In this document: piece by piece, positions 1 through 10,739 of the stretch
Position numbering within the stretch: position 1 is the first letter of the stretch
Layout: each line of letters opens with the position of its first letter
NCBI GenBank assembly: GCA_965225855.1
Contig: CBDDCK010000001.1
Span: forward strand, 160,001 to 224,000
Source of the DNA: Spirochaetia bacterium
Lineage (GTDB): Bacteria > Spirochaetota > Spirochaetia > SP-2023
DNA: 64,000 bases
Reading direction: 5' to 3'
Program-made: the position numbers and the translations under genes
Notes under the pieces: model-generated
The model's input: only the letters and a program-made list of their open reading frames with translations
Databases searched by the model: none
What the model was told of the DNA's origin: nothing

Positions 1-2
1 GA

Positions 3-140
3 TTTGATGGCGATTTGCAATTGAGTTGGCAGTATTTAGAGCAATGTTTTCAAATGCTTGAAGAGCAAGGCTTTAGGCATACGGTTATGGATGTTAGCAT
101 ATCGGCCAATAGCCCAACTTGTGGTGCAAACCAATCTTAA
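3..140 (+). CDS. 3' end of a probable YkoF-family thiamine/HMP-binding protein (partial, runs off the window start)
   Basis: Manual translation FDGDLQLSWQYLEQCFQMLEEQGFRHTVMDVSISANSPTCGANQS*. The H-x-V-M-x-V-x-I-SANSP ending resembles YkoF, and it lies directly upstream of an NMT1/THI5 binding protein. Confidence 0.6.
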   Translation, partial: FDGDLQLSWQYLEQCFQMLEEQGFRHTVMDVSISANSPTCGANQS

Positions 141-170
141 ATTAAGTATATAGGTTAAGTAGATAAATAT

Positions 171-1190
171 ATGAATACAGACAGACATTACTTTTTTTGT
201 GGCTTTTTCTTGGCGATAGCTGCGTTTTTTGTGGCTTGCAATAGACAAACTAATATAGAGCAGAGTAAGGTATTAACGCCTGTAAAGAATTTTGCTAAAA
301 TTAGCTTTGCGCTGGACTGGACCCCGAATACCAATCATACCGGATTGTATGTAGCGCAAAAGCTAGATTACTTTAGCGAAGCCGGGCTGGAGGTTACGAT
401 CCATATGCCCCAAATCAGCGTAACGCAATTGGTAGCCAGTGGACGCGCCCATTTTGGTATTGCTTTTCAAGAGTTTGCCACCAATTCTATGGCCAATGAT
501 CAAGTTCCTATTATTTCTGTGGCGGCCGTTATGCAGCACAATACTTCGGGTTTTACCTTTATGAAAAATCGGAATATTCAACGCCCGCGTGATTTTGGTG
601 GCAGACTTTATGCTGGTTGGGGCAATCCATTTGAAATTACGGTCATTAAGCAGGTCATTCAGTCGGACGGCGGCGATCCGAATTTATTTGATAGCGTAAC
701 CATTGGAGAAACTAGTGTGGCCGGATTGTTACAGGAAGACAAAGTGGATTATGTTTGGACTTATTATGCTTGGCAAAATATTGGTTTTGAACTGCAAGGA
801 CTGGAGACCGAATATATACCTTTACAAGAACTCGATCCGGTATTTGATTACTATACTCCGATTATTATTGCTAGTCATCGTTATTTAGAAGAACAACCAG
901 ATACAGCTAAGCGTTTTGTGCAGGCTGTGGCTAAAGGCTACCAATATGCCGCTAACAATCCCGATGAAAGTGCGGATATTTTGTTGAATTATGCACCGGA
1001 GTTGGAGCAGGAACTCGTGTTGCGTTCTGCCCGTTATTTGGCACCGTATTATTTAGATAAAAATGGCCAATGGGGCTATCAGAAGCCAGAAGTATGGGAC
1101 CGTTTATCCCGCTGGATGTATGAGCGGCAATTAATAGAGCAGCCGCTTGCATCGGCACAAGCCATGACCAATGAGCTATTGTCCCATTAA
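171..1190 (+). CDS. ABC transporter substrate-binding lipoprotein, NMT1/THI5 (ThiY-like, thiamine precursor)
   Basis: LDWTPNTNHTGLYVA motif, DYYTPIII motif, lipobox FVAC. Confidence 0.9.
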   Translation: MNTDRHYFFCGFFLAIAAFFVACNRQTNIEQSKVLTPVKNFAKISFALDWTPNTNHTGLYVAQKLDYFSEAGLEVTIHMPQISVTQLVASGRAHFGIAFQEFATNSMANDQVPIISVAAVMQHNTSGFTFMKNRNIQRPRDFGGRLYAGWGNPFEITVIKQVIQSDGGDPNLFDSVTIGETSVAGLLQEDKVDYVWTYYAWQNIGFELQGLETEYIPLQELDPVFDYYTPIIIASHRYLEEQPDTAKRFVQAVAKGYQYAANNPDESADILLNYAPELEQELVLRSARYLAPYYLDKNGQWGYQKPEVWDRLSRWMYERQLIEQPLASAQAMTNELLSH

Positions 1191-1912
1191 TGTCTGAAAA
1201 TTCTGGCTTTGTTTTAGAATTACGGCAATTATATAAGTCTTTTGGCAGCTTAGAGGTAATTCGGAATTTAGATTTACAGCTGCCACACAATCAAATTTTG
1301 GCTTTAATTGGCCCCTCTGGTTGTGGTAAGTCGACTTTATTAAATTTAATTAGCGGCTTAGACAAAAAATATAACGGCCAAATTTTTCTTTCTGGTTGCG
1401 AATTGCGCCAAAGTACGGCCCAACAGGTTGGCTATATGCTGCAAAAAGACTTGCTATTGCCCTGGCGCAATATTGAACAAAATGTATTTTTGCCCCAAGA
1501 ATTACACCACTTAAAAACCTGCTCGCAACCAGAAATTGAAAAATTATTTACTTTATTTGGTCTCGAACAATTCCGCAAAGCCTACCCCCAAGAACTTAGC
1601 GGTGGCATGCGCCAACGCACAAATTTATTGCGCACTTATACCCTACAATCCGAACTTCTCTTACTCGATGAACCCTTTGGCTCACTTGACGCCCTAACTA
1701 GGCAATCTTTGCAATATTGGTTCATCGAAATGAACCGCAAACAGCCGCGCAGCATTTTGCTAATCACACACGATATTCAGGAAGCTATTTTACTGGCCGA
1801 TGATATACTGGTACTTTCGCCACGCTCCTGCCAAATTTTAGCTCGCTTTACCGTCAAAGGGATTAGCCGCAGCGAAAAGTTGGAAAAAGAAATTTTTTCC
1901 TACCTAGTTTAG
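1190..1912 (+). CDS. ABC transporter ATP-binding protein (TauB/SsuB-like)
   Basis: Walker A GPSGCGKS, signature LSGGMRQR, Walker B LLLLDEPF; translationally coupled to the binding-protein gene. Confidence 0.93.
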   Translation: MSENSGFVLELRQLYKSFGSLEVIRNLDLQLPHNQILALIGPSGCGKSTLLNLISGLDKKYNGQIFLSGCELRQSTAQQVGYMLQKDLLLPWRNIEQNVFLPQELHHLKTCSQPEIEKLFTLFGLEQFRKAYPQELSGGMRQRTNLLRTYTLQSELLLLDEPFGSLDALTRQSLQYWFIEMNRKQPRSILLITHDIQEAILLADDILVLSPRSCQILARFTVKGISRSEKLEKEIFSYLV

Positions 1913-3234
1913 TTCTCTTGCCCCGGCACACGAAAAAGATAAAAATGTTTTTTTCCTGCTTTCAGCAAAATCTTTCGATCCTCGAGATCATTGTAATTTA
2001 TTTTTTGTTCGGTGTCGGTGATTTTTTGACCATTGATACTGGCTCCCCCTCCCTGAATTAAACGTCGTACTTCGTTGCGAGACGAGCCCAGCCCAGCTTC
2101 TATATAAAGCTCGATAACCGAAATGCCATTAGTTTTCAATTCAAGCAATAAAGCAGGGGCTAACTCGCTGCCAGGCAAATTATCTATGCCGTTACTACCT
2201 GCCCCACCGTTTGCAACTTTACTAGCAAAATTTTGTTGAGCTGCAACCCGCACTTTTTCCGCTTCCGCATAACCATAAATATAGCAACACATTTCATACG
2301 CTAAAATTTCTTTCGCCTTATTTAAAGCAGCCCCTCCTTCAAGGCAAAGCGTGCGAATTTTGGCAATGCTAAGAAAAGTAAAAAGCAGCAAAAATCGCTC
2401 TACATCTTGGTCGCTACAATTGCGCCAATATTGGAAAAAATCAAAAGGAGAAGTCAATTTAGGGTCAATGAAAATAGCTCCATTCTCGGTTTTGCCCATT
2501 TTTTTCCCGCTGGAAGTCATTACCAAAGGCACCGTTAAAACTTGAGGTTGACTTTCCATATTGACACTATCGTGAGAAAAATTGTAGCGGCGAATCAAGT
2601 CAAGGCCCGAAACCATATTGCCCCACTGGTCATCACCACCAATTTGCAACAGACAATCATGCTGTTGAAATAGCTTGAGATAGTCGTAAGACTGCAGAAG
2701 CTGGTAATTAAATTCGATAAATGAAAGGCCACGCTCTAAGCGTTGTTTACAGCTTTCAAAACTAAGCATGCGATTGACCGAAAAATGAAAGCCTATATCG
2801 CGCAAAAATTCAATATAATTTAAATTATCTAGCCAATCAATATTGTCCAGCCAAATGGGTTTGGTATCGCAATCGGCAAAAACTTGCTCCAACTGTTTGC
2901 GAATAGCTTGCGCATTGGTTGCAATATCCTCTGCGCTAAGCATTTTACGCATCTTTGTCTTGCCAGAAGGGTCGCCAATTTTGGCAGTGCCAGAGCCTAA
3001 GACAAGCAAAGGTTGATGGCCGGCAAAAGCAAATCGTTTTGCCAATAAAACGGGTAATAGATGGCCACAATGCAATGATGGATAGGTTGGGTCTATGCCC
3101 AAATAAAAAGGCAGGCCATATTCAAGCATTTGGTTCACAGCCTCTAAATTACTACACTGCTGGATTAAGCCACGTTGTTGCAGTTCATCAATCAATTCGG
3201 TCATGAAATGGCTAAACCTTGTTGTTTTTTGCAT
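1909..3234 (-). CDS. tyrS: Tyrosyl-tRNA synthetase
   Basis: YLGIDPT..LHCGH (HIGH-like), QIGGDDQWGN, KMGKT, C-terminal S4-like domain; the start may be the downstream Met (MTELIDEL). Confidence 0.97.
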   Translation of the reverse strand: MQKTTRFSHFMTELIDELQQRGLIQQCSNLEAVNQMLEYGLPFYLGIDPTYPSLHCGHLLPVLLAKRFAFAGHQPLLVLGSGTAKIGDPSGKTKMRKMLSAEDIATNAQAIRKQLEQVFADCDTKPIWLDNIDWLDNLNYIEFLRDIGFHFSVNRMLSFESCKQRLERGLSFIEFNYQLLQSYDYLKLFQQHDCLLQIGGDDQWGNMVSGLDLIRRYNFSHDSVNMESQPQVLTVPLVMTSSGKKMGKTENGAIFIDPKLTSPFDFFQYWRNCSDQDVERFLLLFTFLSIAKIRTLCLEGGAALNKAKEILAYEMCCYIYGYAEAEKVRVAAQQNFASKVANGGAGSNGIDNLPGSELAPALLLELKTNGISVIELYIEAGLGSSRNEVRRLIQGGGASINGQKITDTEQKINYNDLEDRKILLKAGKKHFYLFRVPGQEN

Positions 3235-3246
3235 TTTATATTGTTA

Positions 3247-3319
3247 AGATGCCGATCAGATTCGAACTGATGAATAGCGGATTTGCAGTCCACCGCCTTA
3301 ACCACTTGGCCACGGCACC
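3247..3319 (-). tRNA. tRNA-Cys(GCA)
   Basis: Minus strand GGTGCCGTGGCCAAGTGGTTAAGGCGGTGGACTGCAAATCCGCTATTCATCAGTTCGAATCTGATCGGCATCT: cloverleaf, GCA anticodon, TTCGAAT T-loop, U discriminator; CCA not encoded. Confidence 0.95.
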
Positions 3320-3366
3320 AATTTAATAGTTGAAAATAATGATAATAAAGATTTTTGCCCAGTACT

Positions 3367-5292
3367 TCATCGTAGTTTTCTCGATATTTCACCCAGAATA
3401 CTCTGTTTTTCGATTGCCAATTGATCGCCAAGCAACAAGCAAAATTCTCGAATATATTGCTTCCATAATTCCAGTATTCTTGCAGGAGTTAAAGGAGCAT
3501 ATTCTGGATTATTATAATCTTGCATATACTGAAAATGAGGGATTAAAGAATTGAATTTAAGATAATATTGGCTATCGGCAATAGACACTTCTATTGCAGG
3601 GAGCCCCTGTCTAGTAAATTCCTGAAATTTTTTCATCGTTTGTTCGATTAAATAACAAATTTCCTTGTCAATTCCCATCAAAGTAGAAGTGTATTCTTCC
3701 TTAGACCCTTCTGCCCGTTGTTCAACCCTCATTAATATTTCTTTTATCTTTTTATCAATGAGATGTTCCGGCTGTAAATGTTGTTCGATAATATCAAGTT
3801 TTACACGGCAGTGATCGACTCCACTGAGAAATTCTGTAATTTCACCATAGACATAATTATTCCAATTAAACAAAATTTTGCTTAGCATATTTAATGGTTT
3901 GAGAATATTCTTAATGCAAAAATAACGCAGGAAATTCTGCAAATAACTAAATGATTTACAATGAGCAAAAAGCTCTTCTAATCTATTTTCTTCATGATTA
4001 CTTGGTAAAAAATCAATCCGATCATTGTTATAATAAGGTGAGGGTTCAAAATCGCTATTACCTGAAAGATACTTTGTGAAGAAGTATTCGGTTCGATCAT
4101 TTTTAAGCTGCTCGGCCATCATCTCTAGTTTTTCTAAAGCTAACTGCTGATAAACCTTTTCAATTTGCCTAGGTAAATTTTCCAATATTTCATTCTCAAT
4201 ATTTCGTATATGGGGAAGGATTAAATAGGGATTATCTCCAGTAAATAGGAGTAAAATTCTGATGGGTATTTCCTGTAAAAATCTATTCCATAAAATTTGC
4301 AATTGTGAAAAAGCGTCCAAAAAGTGAACAGCCGTTTTGTTTGATTGGCTACTAAACCCTTTACTATCAACAACATGAAAATAACTACTGATAATTTCGC
4401 GAAACTGGATTTTATCAAAATTAATAGACCCAACTTCCTCCATAAGTTGATACAAAATATGTATAGAATCATAAGCTTCCTGCGGTAGGACATCACAATA
4501 AAGACCATCTTGTTGTTTCGCATCTGCGCGAAAATTGTGGAAAAAATTAGAAAATGGAAAGTAACAAATTTTTTGAAATTGGTATAAGGCTTTCAAAATT
4601 TCTCCAGCAGATTTATGAAGAGAAAGAGGTAGGAAACGGCTTTCTTTACGCACATCTTCCATGAGAGAACCTATTTTGCCTTTTACAACAGAATCACCCA
4701 TAAAAACCGTATCACGAAATTGCTCTTGGCTAATAAAATTTTCTGCCTCAATGGAAATACGGTTACCAGAATTACTACGGTAATCTGCAAAAACTAATTT
4801 TGTAACAATGGCTTGCATGAATGTTGTATTGCGGTCAACTTGATTGATAATTGGAAGTATTTGTAAGCTCAACTGGAAAATCTCATTAAAACGAGCAGGT
4901 AAGTAAGAGCTGACTAGATGTATGTTGTCTTTTCGATTAAATACAATAATTTCACTATTTTGTTGGACTATATCTTGCCGTATCTTATTTAATTGGGATT
5001 CTCGAAATAAACCTTCTGCTGATTTACGACTAAAAATACTCAAAAAGCAATACCACAGATATTGCATAAATGGCAACTGATTAAAATCAGAAATAAGAGA
5101 ATGTGTCTGCTCATCTTCTGTAAACGTCAATTCTGTATTGTTTTTATTTTCAGCAATAGATTCAGAACCTTTACTTACTTTAGTGAGATTGTTCTCGTCT
5201 GGAAGATTTTCATAAGAATCTTTCTCTGTAAATTTTGTGTATAATTTTTCTCTTTCCGATAAGTTAAGTTCTTGAACTAATTCGTCCGCCAT
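3367..5292 (-). CDS. Hypothetical protein, DUF5312-like (spirochaete-conserved)
   Basis: 641-aa ORF; the N-terminal LVQELNLSEREKL and the helical composition resemble spirochaete DUF5312 proteins (from recollection). Confidence 0.5.
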   Translation of the reverse strand: MADELVQELNLSEREKLYTKFTEKDSYENLPDENNLTKVSKGSESIAENKNNTELTFTEDEQTHSLISDFNQLPFMQYLWYCFLSIFSRKSAEGLFRESQLNKIRQDIVQQNSEIIVFNRKDNIHLVSSYLPARFNEIFQLSLQILPIINQVDRNTTFMQAIVTKLVFADYRSNSGNRISIEAENFISQEQFRDTVFMGDSVVKGKIGSLMEDVRKESRFLPLSLHKSAGEILKALYQFQKICYFPFSNFFHNFRADAKQQDGLYCDVLPQEAYDSIHILYQLMEEVGSINFDKIQFREIISSYFHVVDSKGFSSQSNKTAVHFLDAFSQLQILWNRFLQEIPIRILLLFTGDNPYLILPHIRNIENEILENLPRQIEKVYQQLALEKLEMMAEQLKNDRTEYFFTKYLSGNSDFEPSPYYNNDRIDFLPSNHEENRLEELFAHCKSFSYLQNFLRYFCIKNILKPLNMLSKILFNWNNYVYGEITEFLSGVDHCRVKLDIIEQHLQPEHLIDKKIKEILMRVEQRAEGSKEEYTSTLMGIDKEICYLIEQTMKKFQEFTRQGLPAIEVSIADSQYYLKFNSLIPHFQYMQDYNNPEYAPLTPARILELWKQYIREFCLLLGDQLAIEKQSILGEISRKLR

Positions 5293-5626
5293 AGTTTAGG
5301 GAACCTCTTTCTAATGCAATTGCTCGAATGTACAGTTAAATGGAAGACAACATACATTGTAATCATTAGGCATGCAGCTATATCCATAGAAAACATATAA
5401 ATATTATACTATCATAAACAACTACGATTATAGCAAATTATAGGTTAGGGGCAAGTTTTGTGAGCCTAAGTTTTATCCAGTTAAATTTACTTATAAAAAA
5501 ACAACATAACCGCATCAAGTAAGAAAAATAGAGAAAAAATGCTAGACATACCCTTTCTTATTTTGTAAGATGCTCGGTGGAAAATAACCAAGGTATCTAG
5601 CATTTATGACTAGAAAGGAGATCAAT

Positions 5627-6958
5627 ATGAAAATGTATAAACAGATTTCTGGAATTATTCTTTATTCAACCACAATGGCGATTTGCATCTTTGGGTTTAG
5701 TTCACTCATGATACTCCAAGCGCAAGAATTTACACCAAATGCTCCGACTGGTGAAATAGCGGATATAGACACAGGAAATCCAGTAGCAAGAAATGCATGG
5801 GAAGAAATTTATTTTAGAATTAATGATCCTTTGTCCACAAAAAGCGTGGTAGAATTGTTAAAAAGTATGGAGCTTGAAAAAGATCAAGCAGGATTGGCAT
5901 CAAGCTATGTCATTATTTTACAAGATCAAATTTATAGTTTTCGCAGTCGTTATCAAGAAGAACCTATTTTCACAAGACAAATAGTAAATTTCTTGCTGGA
6001 TAAAATTTCAGAGCAATCGGAGATCGTAATGCAAGAGCATCCGGAGATTGCCAATATGATCGGCTTATTGCTTATCCCTGAATTACAGTACGGTGCTGTT
6101 ATGGGAAAATCTATTTCTGCCTTAGGGCACTTAAAGGCTAAAAATTTTAGCGATGATATTATTAGATACTTAGAAGAGATCAATAACATAATGTCTATTA
6201 GCGATAAAAGAGCTGATAAGCTCGCGTTTGACTACGCTGCAACAGGTTGTTTGAATGCGTTGACTGAATTTAAAACGCCTTCAGCTTTTACAGTTTTATT
6301 GCAAGTAAGTAATGGACCATTTCAACAAGCTGTTCGCAATCAGGCAGCCAGTTTAATGCGTTTACTTAAAAAAGAGTTCCCAGAGGAAGTGAAAAAGCAT
6401 TTTCTGGATTTTGTGCAAAGTTCTAAAAACTTAGAGCTCTTAGATATTGTTATCAATAGTATGAATGCAAATAAATTCAATTTTGATAAGATGACGAGTC
6501 AAGAGCTAAACCTTGCTTTACTTGCACATATGAATCGAGCCACTTGGGTTACGGATAATCAGGGGCTCGAAGCAGAAATATTGCGTAAAACTATTGACAA
6601 TATTTTAGCAAATGGTACCGATGGAATGGAGAAAGAAGCTTCAGAGCAATTAAAGCAGAGTTATCTTAATACGGATAGCATGAATGTTCAGCTGTTAGCA
6701 TTGCAGGGAATTGGACAGTTAAATTCAAAAAATGGCATTCAGTTTCTACAAGGAGAAATTGATCGCTTAAATATCCAGCAACGTGCTGTTGCCATTACTT
6801 CTTCCGAGCAAAGAATATTGCGCCAATTATTGTATTCGCTCTATGTTTCCAAAGATTCAAGTGAAGACACAATAAAAGTGTTGCGTGATGTTACAATGAC
6901 TCCATATCCTTCTGTAATTCACAAGATAGCTACAGATATTCTAAGCAATATATCCTAA
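5627..6958 (+). CDS. Exported HEAT-repeat-like helical protein
   Basis: AAGGAG RBS before ATG 5627; signal peptide; HEAT-like segments (SISALGHLKA, LALQGIGQLNS). Confidence 0.6.
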   Translation: MKMYKQISGIILYSTTMAICIFGFSSLMILQAQEFTPNAPTGEIADIDTGNPVARNAWEEIYFRINDPLSTKSVVELLKSMELEKDQAGLASSYVIILQDQIYSFRSRYQEEPIFTRQIVNFLLDKISEQSEIVMQEHPEIANMIGLLLIPELQYGAVMGKSISALGHLKAKNFSDDIIRYLEEINNIMSISDKRADKLAFDYAATGCLNALTEFKTPSAFTVLLQVSNGPFQQAVRNQAASLMRLLKKEFPEEVKKHFLDFVQSSKNLELLDIVINSMNANKFNFDKMTSQELNLALLAHMNRATWVTDNQGLEAEILRKTIDNILANGTDGMEKEASEQLKQSYLNTDSMNVQLLALQGIGQLNSKNGIQFLQGEIDRLNIQQRAVAITSSEQRILRQLLYSLYVSKDSSEDTIKVLRDVTMTPYPSVIHKIATDILSNIS

Positions 6959-6990
6959 GATATAACTTGCGTGGTAGATAAGGGGAAACC

Positions 6991-7446
6991 ATGATTCGGG
7001 TAGAATGTTGTCTGCTTGAACATGGTTCTAGTCTACCAATTTACAGCAATAATTTGGCATCTGGCGCCGATATAAGAGCTGCTTTGGCCTGTAAACCTTA
7101 CGATGGTTGCTTGCTATTGCCTGTTGGTGATAAAGTCAAAGTACCAACAGCTCTAAAAATGGCATTACCGAATGGATACGAAGCGCAAGTGAGGCCGCGC
7201 TCTGGCCTTGCAGCCAAACATGGTATTACAGTATTGAATGCGCCAGGCACTATTGATTCAGACTACCGCGGAGAAATTTTCATCCTACTTATTAATTATG
7301 GGAAAAATGATTTTTTGATAAAACACGGCGACCGAATAGCTCAATTAGTTATTACTCCTACTATGCAAGTAGGTTTTTGTCAAGTTCGTGCCTTGCCAGA
7401 AACAGAAAGAGGGGAAAAAGGCTTTGGTTCAACTGGAATACAATGA
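6991..7446 (+). CDS. dut: dUTP diphosphatase
   Basis: Motifs SGADI, RPRSGLA, GTIDSDYRGE, GDRIAQL, RGEKGFGSTG. Confidence 0.97.
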   Translation: MIRVECCLLEHGSSLPIYSNNLASGADIRAALACKPYDGCLLLPVGDKVKVPTALKMALPNGYEAQVRPRSGLAAKHGITVLNAPGTIDSDYRGEIFILLINYGKNDFLIKHGDRIAQLVITPTMQVGFCQVRALPETERGEKGFGSTGIQ

Positions 7447-8674
7447 ATCTTCAACTAAATATCAAAAGTCGTTAGCGAGTTCATTGCTGAAAAAATCTTT
7501 TCTCCTACTTGTTTATTTATCTCTTTTTCTGCTCTTCTGCTGCCGTAGTACAAATAACACCCCTACTGTCCGTCAACGCATTGATGCTTTAACGCCGGAT
7601 AGCCGTATTTTACAGGCAGAACAATTTTTCCGTGAGGATGATCAAAAATGGGCCTTGTATGCTTGGAACCAAACTCAATTAGAAGATTTGGTAAGCAATG
7701 AAGCCCGTGAAACATACCGCCTACTAAAACATTGGTTGTTTGTCCAGCCAGTGGATATTGCTAGTTTGGAAAATATGCAAATTTCAGCCATGTACTTGGA
7801 TTATGACGATCTATGGTTGGGTACATGGAATGGCGGTATTTACCGTCTTAGCCTAAGTAGTGGAGAAAATTTTATTTTGGAACAAGATACCCCTTCTTTA
7901 GTACCCAAAGTTGTTTATCGTATTCGCAAAAGTGGCAACGCATTTTGGTTTGCTATGCACCAAGGCCTACGTTTTTATAACTACCAAACAGGCTTGGGAG
8001 GCTGGTTACCCATAACTTTAAGCAAGTCTCAAAAAGCAAGGGCTATCAGTGATTTTTTAGAAAATTCTAACGGTCTTTTTGTGTCTTCTTTGACGCATGG
8101 GGTCCAAAGGCGTACAATAGAAGGAAACACTTATTCTGTTGGAACAAAAACGCTAAAGCGAACCATTGTAGCCTTAGAATACGAAGACAGTATTGGTTTG
8201 CTCATTGGCACAGCACAGCAAGGAGCATATCGCTGGAAAGATGGCGTTATCGAAGCTTTAGAAAAGCTTCAACCCATTTTTCGTAATTTAACCCATGTCA
8301 ATCATATTGTGAATGATGGAACTTCCCTTTGGTTTGCCTCTTCAGGGGAAGGCTTATTTCGATGGAATTACTTGGCCAATGAGTCCTACCAACTAGATAC
8401 AGAAAGCTCTATACTTCGCAGTAACAGAATTAGTGCATTGTTTCACAGTGGCGACTGGCTATTTATTGGAGATGAAAAGGGAGGGATTTTTGGTTACCAT
8501 TTGCCAGAGAAAAAATGGTATATCTGGGACAATGGCCGAAATCTTGAATTTATTAGTATCAGTGCTCTTGCCTACAGTGATGGTAAATTGTTTTACAGTA
8601 CTTTAGCTGGAGGTGTGTATCAAATCCATTGGTTAAAATATTTGTTTGCTTTGAAAGCAAAAGAAAACCGATAA
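7388..8674 (+). CDS. Putative lipoprotein with beta-propeller (two-component-regulator propeller-like) repeats
   Basis: Hydrophobic stretch ending LLFCC; repeats LWLGTWNGGIY, LWFASSGEGLF, LFIGDEKGGIF; exact start uncertain. Confidence 0.65.
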   Translation: MPCQKQKEGKKALVQLEYNESSTKYQKSLASSLLKKSFLLLVYLSLFLLFCCRSTNNTPTVRQRIDALTPDSRILQAEQFFREDDQKWALYAWNQTQLEDLVSNEARETYRLLKHWLFVQPVDIASLENMQISAMYLDYDDLWLGTWNGGIYRLSLSSGENFILEQDTPSLVPKVVYRIRKSGNAFWFAMHQGLRFYNYQTGLGGWLPITLSKSQKARAISDFLENSNGLFVSSLTHGVQRRTIEGNTYSVGTKTLKRTIVALEYEDSIGLLIGTAQQGAYRWKDGVIEALEKLQPIFRNLTHVNHIVNDGTSLWFASSGEGLFRWNYLANESYQLDTESSILRSNRISALFHSGDWLFIGDEKGGIFGYHLPEKKWYIWDNGRNLEFISISALAYSDGKLFYSTLAGGVYQIHWLKYLFALKAKENR

Positions 8675-8725
8675 GCATTATTCTGCAATTCCAAATAGTT
8701 TCAAATTTTATTAGGGTATTTATTC

Positions 8726-9703
8726 ATGGGAAAATTTAACCTCAATTTATTAATTTTAATTTTAGTTATCTTAGTTATCGTTATGCAAGCGCGCTCTTGC
8801 CTGAAAGAATCGGAAATATCCGGAAGCCAAACGGTAAGTCAAAGCCAAACAAACGTGATTGTTCAGCCATTAGATAATAATGTTGCTGCCGGTTTGGATT
8901 TAGAGGCTTTAGGGGCCTTACTAAGCCAAGCAGATAACGCAGAACAATTAGAGCAATTATTAAACCAAAAAAACGGCATCAACAATTTAGACCTAAATGA
9001 AGATAATATTGTCGATTTTATTTCTGTTACTGAATTTGGTTCTGTTGATGAGCGGGGCTTTGCACTTAGTACAGAAATCGCTGACGGGGTAGAGCAAGAA
9101 ATTGCAACTATCAGAGTACAGCAAGAAAATCTTGAAGGCTCCGAGCCAAAACAAGCGCAAGTCCAAATCCAAGGCAATGAAACTTTGTATGGGCCCAACG
9201 CTTATTACCATTCGCGCATCAGCTTTAGCGATGTTCTGCTACTTTCTTGGCTATTCAGCTACCACCCGCCTTATTATTCCCCATTTGCCTGGGGTTACTA
9301 CCCAGCTTATTATGGTAGTGGCTACAGCCGTGTTACCCGCACTCAATATCGTTCAAACAGCGAAAATTTTAAAAATCGTGCGGCGCAGAATAATCGAGCG
9401 AGCAGCTTTAAAAAAAGCAATAAACCTCAATTTCAGCCCAAAAGCACTTCGCCAAAGGCAAATGCCAATGCTATGCATTCGCGCCGCAGCTCATTGAGCA
9501 ATCCCAACCGCAGTCAGCGCAGCTTTAGTATCAATCAAAACAACCGCCCAAACAATAACACCAAAACTCCTGTGACAAATCCCAGAACAAGTACAAGCAG
9601 CCGTAGCTCACTGAGTAGTCCAAGCCGAAGCCAGCGCAGCTTTAGTACAATACGGCGTTCTTCTGGGCAGCGTAGTCGCAGTAGTTTTGGCGGTGGTAAA
9701 TAG
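8726..9703 (+). CDS. Hypothetical exported protein with EF-hand-like motif and Arg/Ser-rich tail
   Basis: N-terminal hydrophobic segment, INNLDLNEDNIVD, Tyr-rich segment, tail ending RSSFGGGK. Confidence 0.7.
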   Translation: MGKFNLNLLILILVILVIVMQARSCLKESEISGSQTVSQSQTNVIVQPLDNNVAAGLDLEALGALLSQADNAEQLEQLLNQKNGINNLDLNEDNIVDFISVTEFGSVDERGFALSTEIADGVEQEIATIRVQQENLEGSEPKQAQVQIQGNETLYGPNAYYHSRISFSDVLLLSWLFSYHPPYYSPFAWGYYPAYYGSGYSRVTRTQYRSNSENFKNRAAQNNRASSFKKSNKPQFQPKSTSPKANANAMHSRRSSLSNPNRSQRSFSINQNNRPNNNTKTPVTNPRTSTSSRSSLSSPSRSQRSFSTIRRSSGQRSRSSFGGGK

Positions 9704-9713
9704 GTAACAGACG

Positions 9714-10688
9714 ATGAAGAATGATATTATTTCTATAAGTGCGTTAAGACAAAGCATGGCCAATATTTTTGGTTTAGGGCCTGCGTCCGACTGGGCTGAC
9801 TGGCTTTTCACTTTGGGCAATTTTGAGCTAATATTACAAGTAGTGTTATTTTTTTGCCTGCTGTTAGTAGGGCGTTATATTTATGATTTAGTAACCCCAT
9901 TTTCCCTAGCAGAAGTTCTTACCACGCGCGACAACAAGGCTCTTTCTTGTTCATTTGCTTGTTATTTAGGTGGCTTGTGTATCGTGATTGCCGGTGTCTA
10001 TAGTAGTGCTTCCAGCTCTTTACCCCAAGAATTAGCTTATTGGCATTACTTATTATATCGTTTGAGTGATACATTTTTCTGGGGAGCAATCGGTATTTGC
10101 CTATTAATTTTAGCGCAAGCCATTAATAATCGAATGATACTTTCTCATTTCAATAATTATAGTCAGATTATCGATAGGCAAAATCTTTCTGCTGGGATAA
10201 CAGAGGGTGCTAGCTATCTTGCTTCTGGAATATTACTTTATGCTGTAATGCAAGGGGCTGATGATAGCTTCTCAGTAGATATTTTATTAACTGTATTTTA
10301 TTTTATTCTGGGGCAATTAGCTTTAGTTTTTTATAGCCGTTTTTTCATTACCATACGACAAAAACATTGGAATTTTCACCATGAAATTGAAAAACAAAAC
10401 ATAGCTGCAGCAATTCACTTTTCCTTTAGTTTTATTAGTTTTGCCCTTTTGCTTGCAGCTTATATAGCCTTGTTTGATTCTATTTATGGCCTTTTGCTTG
10501 CGGCAGTTACTGCAATTATTTTCGTTTTATTGCTCCATGTGCTAATCGATAAATTTTTCTTCCCTAAAATTTCCCTGCAGCAAGAAATTTCCATAGACCA
10601 AAATTGGGGAGCAGCTTTGATTGAAGGTTTCCTTTTATTAGATTTCTGTGTTGTTAGTGTGGTTGCATTTTCTTCTTATTTAGCCTAA
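9714..10688 (+). CDS. Membrane protein with two DUF350-like domains
   Basis: Multi-TM; DUF350-type motifs (EVLTTRDNKA, IIDRQNLSAG, HEIEKQNIAAA, EISIDQNWGAA). Confidence 0.75.
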   Translation: MKNDIISISALRQSMANIFGLGPASDWADWLFTLGNFELILQVVLFFCLLLVGRYIYDLVTPFSLAEVLTTRDNKALSCSFACYLGGLCIVIAGVYSSASSSLPQELAYWHYLLYRLSDTFFWGAIGICLLILAQAINNRMILSHFNNYSQIIDRQNLSAGITEGASYLASGILLYAVMQGADDSFSVDILLTVFYFILGQLALVFYSRFFITIRQKHWNFHHEIEKQNIAAAIHFSFSFISFALLLAAYIALFDSIYGLLLAAVTAIIFVLLLHVLIDKFFFPKISLQQEISIDQNWGAALIEGFLLLDFCVVSVVAFSSYLA

Positions 10689-10739
10689 AATTGCCGCGTT
10701 TTAGTTTCTTTCAAGCAAAGAATTAGGAGACTTACCATT

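Noticed and set aside
3247..3366. tRNA-Cys as an integration site for an island
   Set aside because: No integrase nearby and no duplicated tRNA 3' end was noticed in the window.
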